A stretch of DNA of 64,000 nt, taken from assembly GCA_051294375.1 (NCBI GenBank), contig JBJCIZ010000028.1, positions 2,025,053 to 2,089,052 on the forward strand, in the 5' to 3' direction. A model generated the notes under the pieces. It was not told the origin of the DNA, did no database searches, and was given only the letters and a program-made list of their open reading frames with translations. Every line of letters begins with the position of its first letter. Positions within the stretch are counted from its first letter, which is position 1. The position numbers were made by a program, and so were the translations under genes. This stretch comes from Paraspadella gotoi. Lineage: Eukaryota > Animalia > Chaetognatha. Shown one piece after another: positions 1 to 14,800 of this stretch.

Positions 1-2519
1 AAAAAAAAAAATCTCTAAATACTAAGTAAATGAACTTTGTGCATTAAGCTGATGTGAAAAAACTATTTTACAGAAATTTAAAGGAATTATTTTGGATGTT
101 AATGGAAACACCCAAGTGAGGACAAAATTATATGGAAATTAGAAAAAATGCTCGCGTATGTCAAGAGTACAACAAATTATAAAATAATATTATTCAATCA
201 GCTCTAGTAACAAAAACTCAAATTAAAGGACTGATGTAAAAAAAAAATTTAACTAAATATTAAAAGAATCACTGTAGAGAAAATGGCAATCAGCTAGTAG
301 CCGCCAAAATACAATGATAAAACTTTAATAATAATGTGGACGTTTGGAAAAATAAAAACAAAAATACAAAGAACGTCCATTATTAATCAGCATTTCTAAA
401 AAAACAGTTAATGATTCCCCATACTTATAAAGCTGTTTGTTGAATTCAACGCAAATATAATCATCAGCGGTTAAAAAGCAAAACGGATGATAATAAAATT
501 TAAAAAAAAAAAGCTAGCTATTACATTTTTTATTCTTTTTCTTTTTTTTAATTTGTTCTAGGGTTGTGGGCAGAGAGGTTGATAAACTATTAAGCTATAT
601 TCCGCGCGCACAAAAGGCTAATGCTTAGCAAGGCACCTCCACCTTTATGGCGGCAGTTTTTGTAGCTGACATGCAAAACAAACCAATACAGTGCAATGGG
701 GACACAAAATTTTCAAACCAAGAACGATTTGGAGGCATCAGAGGGGATCTTTGTCTTTGTGAAGCAGCTGCGTGGCCTCGGCAGATGATGGCAGATGCGA
801 AGGAGAGAGTCCAGGGCAAAATCTTTCCATTTAACAACAAAAAACAATTACAAAAAACAAAAGCAGTACTCTCAAAGGGAAAAGCATAAAGAATAAGATA
901 AAATGGAACTTATCTAAACCCAGAAAGGCCGGTTAGCAGCATTGCCAAAACCTAGAGCAGACGTAAAAGGCAAAACTTGTCATTTCATCTCTCAAGTATG
1001 AGAATTCCATCTCAATTTCCATATTTCCAAGTTACACTCGCTTCTGAATCCACTTTTCAGGCAAATGATAATTCTAAGGAAACTATTCATAGCACTGATT
1101 TTAATGAAGGAATGGAGGCATTTTCTCCCTCATAGGGTAAATATTGAACAAATTTTCAAAAATCGAAATTCACTTCGAGTTCATGGAGGCTTAATGGACT
1201 CATTCAATGTATCATTGAAAAAGTGAGGGCTTTTTGCCCTTCATGAATCAATTGAATGTACGCCTACCAAAATTCTGTGTTTGGCGTGTCTTTCTCATGA
1301 ACAGATAAAAGTGAATGTCGGCTGGCACTGTTGCGAAGCGTCCCGCATTGGCCGGTCGCAATGGTCACACGAAGCAAGATTCAGGAGCCCTCTGACCTAC
1401 ATTTGTCTTGCGAAAAACTATTGCTGAAAGTGTGCCTTTTATGTTCGTATTCTATTTTGATGGAGGAGTAGCATGCACACGGCCATTTCTTTCCAGGCGG
1501 TTTGGTTTCCAGAGGGCAATCACCTGGTCTCCCAGTAGTTACCGCATGCAAAAGGGCTTGCTCTGCTCTCTTCTTATTGTTCCTGAATGTGAATGCCTAA
1601 CAGATCTGAAAATTTCAAGTGAAACTTAAATTCTTGAAAAGCCCTCCACATCTTCTCACTTTTCTACAATTTTGCTGCAACTCCAGGTGGGGCATTAGTG
1701 TAGACTCCATCAATTCCTTTATCATTTCGTTAACAAACATAATCCAACAACATAATAGCATCTCATTCATCTATTCTTGTCGCTCTGGATTTGCTAAGCC
1801 TGGTACAGCTATCGTCTGCACTGGCATCTCAAAAGTTCTTATATGAATTTGANNNNNNNNNNNNNNNNNNNNNNNNNATCAATGACTCAATCCTTTGTGA
1901 CGAGTGTTTCCATACCAATATAAATATCTATAACTGTATGTAGTACGTGGAACTATGGAAAACGATTATAAATTTTGGAAAGGAAACAAATTTTACCACG
2001 ACTTGTACACAAGGAACAATAATAAGAACTTCATCGAATAAATTCCAACAGCTACACCTACTCCTCCTCCTCCTCCTCCTCGAGGCTTTCTCCAAACTGT
2101 GCTGCTCTCCCGCTGGTATGACTAGAAGTGGTACTATTTTCCGTAATTACCCTCGTAATTTCCGACCTTATTTAATTTAAATATTAATCTTTAATCACTA
2201 ATCGAATACTTAAAAATTAAGTTCGGGGATAAAGTTGAGGACTAACGGAAAAAAGTGCCAACCATTTGTTGTAGTCTGATGTGAAGATCGGAAACTGAAC
2301 AATGACGGAATAAATTTTTGTAAACAATATTGTCTCTCTCTCTCTCTCTCTGTCTCTTAATCGTTTCTTTTAAGTTAATTCGCAAAAGACAATGCTACAA
2401 TCTTTCTTTTCCTTCTTCAGCGCAAACAATGAGTTCAGATTATACATAATATAAATATTGTTAATATTGTTATTTCAATATGATTTGGAAAAACAGAAAC
2501 AACGACAACAAATAAATAT

Positions 2520-2578
<59 letters not shown>

Positions 2579-3050
2579 ACAACTTTATTGGCTTGTTACC
2601 ATATTTGAGTTAAATCTTATGTTGTGACCACACCATGTGACCACATGGGACCACATCCACCATCATTCAGCCAATACCATTGGCTCATAGGAGGAACGCG
2701 CCATCCTAACCGTTGCGNNNNNNNNNNNNNNNNNNNNNNNNNNNNNNNNNNNNNNNNNNNNNNNNNNNNNNNNNNNNNNNNNNNNNNNNNNNNNNNNNNN
2801 NNNNNNNNNNNNNNNNNNNNNNNNNNNNNNNNNNNNNNNNNNNNNNNNNNNNNNNNNNNNNNNNNNNNNNNNNNNNNNNNNNNNNNNNNNNNNNNNNNNN
2901 NNNNNNNNNNNNNNNNNNNNNNNNNNNNNNNNNNNNNNNNNNNNNNNNNNNNNNNNNNNNNNNNNNNNNNNNNNNNNNNNNNNNNNNNNNNNNNNNNNNN
3001 NNNNNNNNNNNNNNNNNNNNNNNNNNNNNNNNNNNNNNNNNNNNNNNNNN

Positions 3051-3478
3051 CCTCTCTTCCCCCCCTCGGAATCCGCATCGTCCACTGCATCGTTCCCGTT
3101 TTATCCAACGTGTCTTCAAAGAATTCTTCCATCCAGCTGCTTCCCTCCTCCTCCTCCTCCTCCTCCTCCTCCCTTTCTCTCCTCGCTCCTTTAATCTTCC
3201 TCAGCGTCGCCCGCAGCCAATCCGCAGTCTCTTCAGCTCTGCGGCGGCGTTCGGCGGCGTCGTTTCTCGCTGCATCGTCGACAGGGTCTTCCGTCGACGC
3301 CGAGTACGCCTTCAGCAACGTTGTGGCGTCATCCTTCGCCGCCTCTTCCGCCGCCAAATCCGCCGACAGCGTCGCCGCCCATTTGTCCAGATTCTGGCGC
3401 CGCCGCCGCCGCCGATGCTGCAGCGTTTCGATGTCCAATCCGGCGTCGGTTTCTTCAGCAGCTGCAGCCGCGGCAGTG
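3051..3478 (-). CDS. Nostrin-like exon, HR1/REM-like coiled coil, running into an N gap
   Basis: ORF 2617..3438 before the gap: RRRRRRQNLDKWAATLSADLAAEEAAKDDATTLLKAY...ADWLRATLRKIKGA...DKTGTMQWTMRIP. Confidence 0.7.
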
Positions 3479-6223
3479 TTTGTAAAAAGGACCGAATTAT
3501 GAAAACAAAAAGGGCAAGAGAATGCAACTTTTTACATATTAAAGTAGGTTGAATGTAATAATAGGCTTTAAAAGTTTTAAAAACTACATATTAGTTGACA
3601 AAATATTGTTTTGTATTATATATTTTTGAAAAATTATTTACCCACAAAGCACTAGCACATTTTAACCCAACAAAAAATTTAACCCAATTTAGCACATTTT
3701 AACCCAATGAAAATTGGTCAGAAAAACATTCATGTATATTTTTTTTAAATAAAAGTTAAAAATATTTAGGTATTTAAATTTAAAATATGATAACAAATTA
3801 AAAAGTTTATGATAAAAATTTTTTTTGACTTTTATAAAACTGGGCTTATAAAATAGAAATTCTGAAACACTTTTTCCTTACCAAATTTTACATTTGTTAT
3901 CACTTTTAACTCATCAATTCCTATATTTTTTTTGGTAATTTATGTATTTCGTAATTTTATTATCAAACGGGCCTTTTTCAAGCGACAAACCCTGCGCGGC
4001 CGCCGCCGCCGCCGGCGTCGGCAGCAACAGCTCCGCCGCTGCTCCGCCGGTCCCACGCCGACGCACCGTCCCGTCAATGTCGGTCACGACGTCGATCTTC
4101 ACCGACGCCAACGCCGCGTGGATTCGACGGAAGGCGTCGACGAAGGCGCCGAGGAAAGCGGCGTACTTCCGGTGGGCGGCGGCGACGGCGGAGACGCGGG
4201 CGGACTCGAGAACGTGTAGGGATGAGGCGGCGGCGAGGTGGGCGGACTGAAGGCGGGGAATTGGGTGATTGGGTGATAAGTGTACAATAAATGTAAATAA
4301 TTGTAACATCGCGGGACCTTGGATCTTGAAAGACCTTGGGTTTGGAAAAATGTTTACGTATCCAATTCGTCGTTTATATTCGCTGCAGAGTTGAAAAAAT
4401 ATTGCAATATTTACAAATTCGTTGATTAGAAAGATATATTCTGTTAGAACGATAAAATATCATGTAGGTATAAAGGATCGAAGCTTTAGGCCAAACTCAA
4501 AAAGTTAGGTCGCATTTCTTCTTGAATAATTTTACTTTTTTATAAACTTTGAACGAAACATTTTACCATTCACACATTTTGTGAAACTGGACTTCACAGA
4601 GGAATTAAAAAGGAAAACCTCCTCTTTTTAAAAACAAAGAAAAAGTTGCTCAAGATTTATTGATAAAAATAAACAAAATACCAAAATAATTATTTTAACT
4701 TAAAATCTAACGGATGACATTAATGACAAAAAAAATCAATCTGTAGCTTAGTCACTAAATGAGCTGCGTAGTGACCACTATGTCTGTAGTCAGGCATTGT
4801 TCTTCACGCCACCGCCTATAAGCATGACACCTTCAATCCCAAACCCGGTACCTACCCTGCGGGAAGCGTGAGGACGGCCGAGTAAGCCGCTTGGGGGCGT
4901 GGAAAACCTCAAGCCTGTTCCAAGCCCAGGACCCGTTCCGATGGCTGCTAGAGGGGGTTAAAGATGGTGCGGATAAGTCATCTTCAGCCCACTTAGCGCC
5001 TTATCCACAATGCCGTAACTTCTTTCAGCCTCTTGAATGGGTTTCTGGGCTAAAGCCCAGGGTGGGGATTGGAACGCAGGGACCCTACTTGTCCATAGCG
5101 AAGACTAATACGGCCGCGGACCTGCGGAGACAAAAGTTCCCTTTTCTCACCTCAGACTCCTGCCGCGCCATCTCGTGCTTTCCTGCTGCTGCTGTAGTAA
5201 TCCATCTCGGTCTTGATCAGCAGACTCGGTCGTTTCTTGAGACTAGACTCCAGCCTCTGTCGAATCCTTTGGTGGAGGCGGGGCGAGGAGCTGGGAGAGT
5301 TGCGGCTGGAGCGGAGAGGAGAGCGACAAATAGAAGCAGAAAATGAATTTAAAATTTTGATTTTTTTGGTCAGCAAATCAACTGGTAATCGGTTATCACA
5401 AATGATGTATACTAAAATTACTCTGCTCTGACGTTTTATTTGTAAAGCTCTCACATGTACAATAATCTTGCACGGTAATCAGTAATAAATGGCATAATAA
5501 GTTTTGCCGGCTGAACTAAGTCGTTAAGCGTTTTTTAAATTCTACGCTATAACAACCAACCACAAGCAAAAATATTGATTTTAAATTTTTTAGAATTTTA
5601 GCGACGGTTTTAGCATCTTATTCAATCAATCACTCTGTGAGATGGATGTAAAAAAAATGAAATTCAATGAAATCAAGAATTGAATCAAATGAATCAAATG
5701 AAAATGAAATCAAATCAAATGAAATCAAGTAAGTCAGTCAAGTCAAGTCAAGTCAAGTCAAGTCAAGTCAGTCAAGTCAAGTCAAGTAAGTCAAAGTCAA
5801 GTCAAGTCAAGTCAAGTCAAGTCAAATGAAACTCACCCCATCCACCGCCCTCTTCCGCTTCTCCGCCTCCCCACGCCGCAGCCCGCCGCTCTCTTCGGCC
5901 TTGGCCTCTTCGCATCGCCGCTCCGCCGCCGCCGACGCCGCAGAGCCGTCCTCCGACTCGATCTCTTCCTCTATCCTCGTCTGAGTCTCGATAGGATTTG
6001 GTCCGGGCGAAATGATTTCGTCTCCGAATCCAGTGGGCGACGAGTTTGTGATCGAGGATTCGATGTGGGTTTGGGGGTGTGTGTGGGGGTGTTTATGTGT
6101 GGGGAAGGAATTGTGTGTGGAGGGGAAAGGAAAAGGTGAGAAAGGAGGGGAAAAGAAACAAAAGAGATAGGAGAGAGAGGGAGGGAGGGTGAGAGAGAGA
6201 GATCAGAGAAGGAGAGAGGGAAT

Positions 6224-6265
<42 letters not shown>

Positions 6266-9200
6266 AAGAGAGAGAAGAACAAGAGAGAGTGCAGAAGAAT
6301 CTTATCTTTGAGCCCGCGAGACTACGTTCCAAGCTTCGTCAATCCAACAAAAAAGTGTATCGACAAGAGTTCACAGAAACACATTTTATTTGAAAAACAC
6401 ACAAAACACACAAAACACGGTAGCAGAAACTCGTAGAAACGAAGTTCGAACGGACGATTTAAAAGTTCATGATTCGATCCAGAAAATCGAATGAAATTAA
6501 TCGAGAAATTAAGGACGCGTTCATGTGAAACTGGAGATAAAGATATATCTTATGCTCTCTCTCTCTTCTCTCTATATATATATATAGAGAGAGAGAGAGA
6601 GAAAAGCCGAAACGTTCTTTTATTCAAGAGAAGACAGAGAGAGAGAGAGAGGAGGAGAGAGAGAGAACAAGAAGAAAGAAAAAGAAGAGGAAAGAGGGAA
6701 GAGAGAGAAAGAGAGAGAGAGAAGAGAGAGAACAAGAGAAAAAAAGAGAGAAAGAGAAGAGAGAGCACGAGAAGAAGAACAGTGAAAAATGAAGCTGATA
6801 GAGAGAAAAGAGAGAGAGGCGAAAGAGAGATAGGGCTCATATCAGAATAAATTTTTATTACAAATGATACTGGTATTGCTGCAGTATTAACTTGTTCATG
6901 CGTTAAAAATTTTGTAGTAATAATTTTTTTTACATTACTACTTGTTACTTAGAGATAACTTTTTGTCTCCGATTTTTTTATTTGAGAAATCCATAAATCG
7001 AGACTCTCAAACATACCACAGTGCCACAAAAAACATTTTGAATTGATCATTGTAAAACTTTTGCAGGAATGCAAATATTTAAGTAATTGAATTCTAATCA
7101 TTCGGCGTGGAACACTGACTCAATGGTTTTCGTTTGCTTCCCATACTATGGTTTTAGCAAACTTAACGACAATCCATAAGATTGAAATATCCTTAACGTT
7201 CCTTCTGCTTAAATAATAGAAACAATTTTGTCAAACATTTAGCGTGTGGGAGGATCATTTGGCGGGGGATTAAGATTCAAGCTCAGAACCTGTACCCAGT
7301 GTACATCTGATGATTCATTACGAGCAGAACAACGTGTTATCGAAGTATGGATTGTTTTCAGTGACAAGTGAAGCATTTCTATGATCAACGTGACGATGGA
7401 ACTTATTCAAGTTATGAAATAGGTTTAAAAAAGTTTAATTGTACATTATCAATCGGTCAATTTTGCTCCAAATAGCGCCTAACACATCGAGTTATGTCAG
7501 GGGTGGGACCTTTAATCGAGACAAAACATAACGTTCTGTCTGTCTAAAGATTGGATACAAATAAAAACATGTTTGAGCAAACAATGTCGGATCTGCCCAC
7601 GATCATTATCGTAATTAAATTAATTATAATTAATATAATTAACGATTAATTAATTCAAGTTAATTAATTAATTAATAGTCATTCTTTAATTAACTTGATC
7701 CAAATTTTGTTTTCATTGGATTAATTGACTGATTTTAATAATTGATTAATTAATTGACTAATTATTATATTTGACTAATTGATTAAGTTAACTGATTACT
7801 TATTTATCTAATTTATACTCTTGAATTTACATTTAATATAAACAGAAATTAAGAAGCATAATCATTAGTGAAAACAGGTTTTTTGTTTTTTTTCATTAAA
7901 CTCATTTACTCAAAAAACGATTCATCGAAACTGTGATTTCACACTTAATCAACATCTTCCACCGACATACAAATTTCAGGTCAATTGCCCATCTCACTCA
8001 TGAGTAATTGGTGTTAAATATAAGATAGTATTTTTTGGTTTTTATCCATTTACAACCTCATCTGTTCACTTCTTGTGTAACGCATTCTTATCGACACTTC
8101 ATTGATCTCGCTTCTTATAACGTTCACTACGCGGAGCCTCCTGATTACACAGACGGAGGAGAGACACATCACGAAGAGAGGTGATCAATGGTCGCAAATG
8201 CGCAGAATAAACGACATGGAAGGAAAGAGCACGAAAACGATGAAACGTGTGTTATTTGTAGGTTAGTAAGGAGAGAGAAGGCGTATGGAATAGTATTGTC
8301 GAAAAACATTTGAGGTCGTTTTATGTATTGGTATTAGGAGCAGATAAAGCATACATTGTTAAGATGAAGATGTTTACAGTGGTCGATGTTCTGAGAAATA
8401 GGTGATAGTGGGGTAATGGTGTCTTGATGCTATATTTTTCAATTACACTTCGCTGATGTTTATCGATTGATATATCACTGGTCTGTCCTGAAGTTCTAAC
8501 AACTATTGTAGAATTTTCTTCAGGTAGAATTTTATGGAAGCATTAATATGGAATTTACAGGGATGGACTTCAACGAATATGTCATTGATCTACATTGAAA
8601 AATAACTGTATAAGTATTTCTTACCATCTTTGATGCTTTTGGAGGGGATTGCATTTCAGAAAAATTACATACATGATTATATTTATCTGATATGTATAGT
8701 ATATGTTACGCAAATTTTCATTATAGATTAGCAGTATGTATGATAAGTGAGAGGATAAATTAAATTCCATAAGTCGAGGGCGATCTTTACCAACATCCGG
8801 TCTACCTTATCGGCCTAATTACGCCACTTCCTCTCTTTAGGCTCATTTACTTCGAGCCGTTCTAAATATACGTCACGCACGAGTTCACTTTGACCTCTAA
8901 CAAAAGCTACGTTTTTAAGCAACTGGACATTAGAAAGAAAGAGGATTAACTAGGAAACACGAGTATAGGGAAGCGCCGGAGACGAGGCCGATAAAGGATC
9001 AATGTGCTGGTCCGAGTTAAAAAGCAGGATGATAAAACATGTGGAATATTAGGAAGACGCTAGAACTACAGCTTTCGTAATTGTATCAAGTAATTCTTAT
9101 TTTCATCGTTCTCTACATTTATTTCTTCTTCACAATGGCATCTTCTAACCACTTTAATATTACTGATTGTCGTCTTATCTACATTTGGTGATATACCCAG

Positions 9201-11789
9201 ACTAAAAGATAAAGTACTTCTGAAACACTACATTATTACAACTGATTGATTGATTTATGATTGATTGATCCTATGGAGTGATTCTGATCGATTATTTTTA
9301 TTTTATTCATTCGTAAATTGGGGCGGTTTTAATTAGCGATAAAAAATCGCCGCTCAGTTTCAGGCCTACTTGTTCCGATCAGTTTATATTCTTTTTTTGG
9401 CGCATTTTTCTTCAAGTAGTTTTCAACTTCAAAATTAAACTCGATTTTTCGCAATTTCTATGTTCTCTTCTCAGTCGCAGCGGATCCACATTTCGTCCAC
9501 ATTTCGTCTCGTCACCTGGATTACCTCATCAAAGTCAAGTTTTATTCTTTTCTTATTAGGCGTTTATCAAGATTTCCCTTTTGCCTTATTTTTGCAAAAT
9601 TTGAAATACAATACTAACCTCAATCAATTTTTTATCCCGTTTTTGAAAACATCTTATATTTAGCTTCAAGTTTAAGTAATTTTCTTTAAATATTAACTTA
9701 CGGTATTGGTGAAACGACCGTCTCGCCAGCGGCGTTTTTATTTAACCGGCCGTTTAAAGAGGAAAGGTCAATATTCAGCATAGACAATGCGTAATCTTTG
9801 ATGTATTAGTAAGCTAATACATATCGAGAAATACATTATAGTCATTCATAATCAAAAAAAATAAGTTTAATTTATATGTTAAACATTCTGTTTTCATCAT
9901 CTTTCTTTTAACATCGGTAAATAACAAATTGTTAGGAGGCTTAAATGCGGTAAGGCACATTTTTCTTATAAGAATTTGTTCTCTTCAATCTGTTTGTTAA
10001 AAATCGTGGGTAACAAGTTAAACACACAGGTAAGGCAAAATTTAGAAGGGTGGGAATTTAAACCAATTATCTTGTTACTGTACTACATTGCCGAGGAAGA
10101 CGACCTCTGATGGTTGTGCCAGTCATAAAAAGCAACGGCAAGACTGGCTTCAGTACACCATAGAGGGTACACATAGCGAAATTTGAGCTTACTAGGAGTC
10201 TCTCTGAATTTGAAGAGTTGCAGCCTAAACGACTGCTATTACATATTGATTTAAAAATTTTGATACTATCTTAAACATTGTAAAAATGTAATAGAAGAGA
10301 CATTTGTAATGCGTTCCAGTTATGAAAAATTAGGGTTTAAAGTTTTAAAAATGTTTCATTTTTCAATGATAAACAAGTTGAAATTTAAAAATGTCTCTCT
10401 ATTCATTTTTCGATTCACTAATAAAAAAAGTTCATAAAAAATACTCAGATGGATTTGGCCTCTTTTCGTTTTGTGCGCACTCTTCAGATAGGTTTCTTTT
10501 TTTTATATTATAATAAAAGCCCGATATTAAATGGCGTGATGCATCATTTTAAAGTGGAATAACATTTTTTCGGAATCGGCAGGAGGTCAGCTTTCTGATT
10601 TGTACTCCATTTTGGCCTATTTTGGAAGTTGAGTTGAATGACCTTTTCTTAAGAAAAAGTTTTTCAGAAAATTTTGCTAGCTCTATTTTTTTAAAAGCGA
10701 TTACGCAAAATTTTTCTTTCGGATTTTTCNNNNNNNNNNNNNNNNNNNNNNNNNCACCTCAGACTCCTGCCGCGCCATCTCTGCTTTCCTGCTGCTGCTG
10801 TAGTAATCCATCTCGGTCTTGATCAGAGACTCGGTCGATTTCTTGAGACGAGACTCCAGCTTCTGTCGATCCTTTGGTGGAGCGGGCGAGGAGCTGGGGG
10901 AGTTGCGGCTTGAGCGTTAGAGGAGAGCGATGATTTAAAGGAGAAAACAATTTTTTTTTAGTTTAAGCAATCACTGGTAATCAGGTGATCACAAATGCAA
11001 TGTATACTAAAATTACTATGCTGTGACGTTTTATTTGTAAGCGCTCACTTGTACCAATAATATTGCACCAGTAATCAGTAATAAAATACATAATAAGTTT
11101 TTGCACTGAAACTAGTCGTTAGCTAAAATTATACCGTATAACCAACCAACCAAGCAAAAATATTGATTTTAAATTTTGTAGAATTTGTTACACGTTTTAG
11201 CATCTAATTCAATCAATCACTCTGTGAATGGATGTATAAAAAAATTAAATCGAATGAAATGAAATGAAATGAAATGAAATGAAATGAAATGCAAGTAAGT
11301 CAGTCAAGTCAAGTCAAGTCAAGTCAAGTCAAGTCAGTCAAGTCAAGTCAAGTAAGTCAAAGTCAAGTCAAGTCAAGTCAAGTCAAGTCAAATGAAACTC
11401 ACCCCATCCACCGCCCTCTTCCGCTTCTCCGCCTCCCCACGCCGCAGCCCGCCGCTCTCTTCGGCCTTGGCCTCTTCGCATCGCCGCTCCGCCGCCGCCG
11501 ACGCCGCAGAGCCGTCCTCCGACTCGATCTCTTCCTCTATCCTCGTCTGAGTCTCGATAGGATTTGGTCCGGGCGAAATGATTTCGTCTCCGAATCCAGT
11601 GGGCGACGAGTTTGTGATCGAGGATTCGATGTGGGTTTGGGGGTGTGTGTGGGGGTGTTTATGTGTGGGGAAGGAATTGTGTGTGGAGGGGAAAGGAAAA
11701 GGTGAGAAAGGAGGGGAAAAGAAACAAAAGAGATAGGAGAGAGAGGGAGGGAGGGTGAGAGAGAGAGATCAGAGAAGGAGAGAGGGAAT

Positions 11790-11831
<42 letters not shown>

Positions 11832-14800
11832 AAGAGAGAGAAGAACAAGAGAGAGTGCAGAAGAATCTTATCTTTGAGCCCGCGAGACTACGTTCCAAGC
11901 TTCGTCAATCCAACAAAAAAGTGTATCGACAAGAGTTCACAGAAACACATTTTATTTGAAAAACACACAAAACACACAAAACACGGTAGCAGAAACTCGT
12001 AGAAACGAAGTTCGAACGGACGATTTAAAAGTTCATGATTCGATCCAGAAAATCGAATGAAATTAATCGAGAAATTAAGGACGCGTTCATGTGAAACTGG
12101 AGATAAAGATATATCTTATGCTCTCTCTCTCTTCTCTCTATATATATATATAGAGAGAGAGAGAGAGAAAAGCCGAAACGTTCTTTTATTCAAGAGAAGA
12201 CAGAGAGAGAGAGAGAGGAGGAGAGAGAGAGAACAAGAAGAAAGAAAAAGAAGAGGAAAGAGGGAAGAGAGAGAAAGAGAGAGAGAGAAGAGAGAGAACA
12301 AGAGAAAAAAAGAGAGAAAGAGAAGAGAGAGCACGAGAAGAAGAACAGTGAAAAATGAAGCTGATAGAGAGAGAGAGAGAGAGAGAGCGAAAGAGAGATA
12401 GGGCTCATATCAATAAATTTATTACAATATGATTACTGGTATTGCTGCAGCTATTAACTCTGTTCATGCGTTAAAAATTTTGTAGTAATATTTTACATAC
12501 TACGTTGGTTACTATAGGAATAACTTTTTGTCTCCGATTTTTTTTATTTGAGAAATTCCATAAATACGAACTTCTCAAATCATACCACATGCCAAAACAA
12601 TTTTGAATTGATCATTGTAAAACTTTTGCAGAATGCAAATATTTAAGTAATTGAATTCTAATCATTCGGCGTGGAACACTGACTCAATGGTTTTCGTTTG
12701 CTTCCCATACTATGGTTTTAGCAAACTTAACGACAATCCATAAGATTGAAATATCCTTAACGTTCCTTCTGCTTAAATAATAGAAACAATTTTGTCAAAC
12801 ATTTAGCGTGTGGGAGGATCATTTGGCGGGGGATTAAGATTCAAGCTCAGAACCTGTACCCAGTGTACATCTGATGATTCATTACGAGCAGAACAACGTG
12901 TTATCGAAGTATGGATTGTTTTCAGTGACAAGTGAAGCATTTCTATGATCAACGTGACGATGGAACTTATTCAAGTTATGAAATAGGTTTAAAAAAGTTT
13001 AATTGTACATTATCAATCGGTCAATTTTGCTCCAAATAGCGCCTAACACATCGAGTTATGTCAGGGGTGGGACCTTTAATCGAGACAAAACATAACGTTC
13101 TGTCTGTCTAAAGATTGGATACAAATAAAAACATGTTTGAGCAAACAATGTCGGATCTGCCCACGATCATTATCGTAATTAAATTAATTATAATTAATAT
13201 AATTAACGATTAATTAATTCAAGTTAATTAATTAATTAATAGTCATTCTTTAATTAACTTGATCCAAATTTTGTTTTCATTGGATTAATTGACTGATTTT
13301 AATAATTGATTAATTAATTGACTAATTATTATATTTGACTAATTGATTAAGTTAACTGATTACTTATTTATCTAATTTATACTCTTGAATTTACATTTAA
13401 TATAAACAGAAATTAAGAAGCATAATCATTAGTGAAAACAGGTTTTTTGTTTTTTTTCATTAAACTCATTTACTCAAAAAACGATTCATCGAAACTGTGA
13501 TTTCACACTTAATCAACATCTTCCACCGACATACAAATTTCAGGTCAATTGCCCATCTCACTCATGAGTAATTGGTGTTAAATATAAGATAGTATTTTTT
13601 GGTTTTTATCCATTTACAACCTCATCTGTTCACTTCTTGTGTAACGCATTCTTATCGACACTTCATTGATCTCGCTTCTTATAACGTTCACTACGCGGAG
13701 CCTCCTGATTACACAGACGGAGGAGAGACACATCACGAAGAGAGGTGATCAATGGTCGCAAATGCGCAGAATAAACGACATGGAAGGAAAGAGCACGAAA
13801 ACGATGAAACGTGTGTTATTTGTAGGTTAGTAAGGAGAGAGAAGGCGTATGGAATAGTATTGTCGAAAAACATTTGAGGTCGTTTTATGTATTGGTATTA
13901 GGAGCAGATAAAGCATACATTGTTAAGATGAAGATGTTTACAGTGGTCGATGTTCTGAGAAATAGGTGATAGTGGGGTAATGGTGTCTTGATGCTATATT
14001 TTTCAATTACACTTCGCTGATGTTTATCGATTGATATATCACTGGTCTGTCCTGAAGTTCTAACAACTATTGTAGAATTTTCTTCAGGTAGAATTTTATG
14101 GAAGCATTAATATGGAATTTACAGGGATGGACTTCAACGAATATGTCATTGATCTACATTGAAAAATAACTGTATAAGTATTTCTTACCATCTTTGATGC
14201 TTTTGGAGGGGATTGCATTTCAGAAAAATTACATACATGATTATATTTATCTGATATGTATAGTATATGTTACGCAAATTTTCATTATAGATTAGCAGTA
14301 TGTATGATAAGTGAGAGGATAAATTAAATTCCATAAGTCGAGGGCGATCTTTACCAACATCCGGTCTACCTTATCGGCCTAATTACGCCACTTCCTCTCT
14401 TTAGGCTCATTTACTTCGAGCCGTTCTAAATATACGTCACGCACGAGTTCACTTTGACCTCTAACAAAAGCTACGTTTTTAAGCAACTGGACATTAGAAA
14501 GAAAGAGGATTAACTAGGAAACACGAGTATAGGGAAGCGCCGGAGACGAGGCCGATAAAGGATCAATGTGCTGGTCCGAGTTAAAAAGCAGGATGATAAA
14601 ACATGTGGAATATTAGGAAGACGCTAGAACTACAGCTTTCGTAATTGTATCAAGTAATTCTTATTTTCATCGTTCTCTACATTTATTTCTTCTTCACAAT
14701 GGCATCTTCTAACCACTTTAATATTACTGATTGTCGTCTTATCTACATTTGGTGATATACCCAGACTAAAAGATAAAGTACTTCTGAAACACTACATTAT

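Noticed and set aside
560-1850. Short ORFs near the window start
   Set aside because: Frequent stops and no recognisable motif; possibly decayed TE or erroneous sequence.
2055-2125. Possible further Nostrin-like exon (TTCTAG acceptor ... GTGTAG donor)
   Set aside because: Too short and low-complexity, no SH3 motif, and the phase cannot be checked across the gap.
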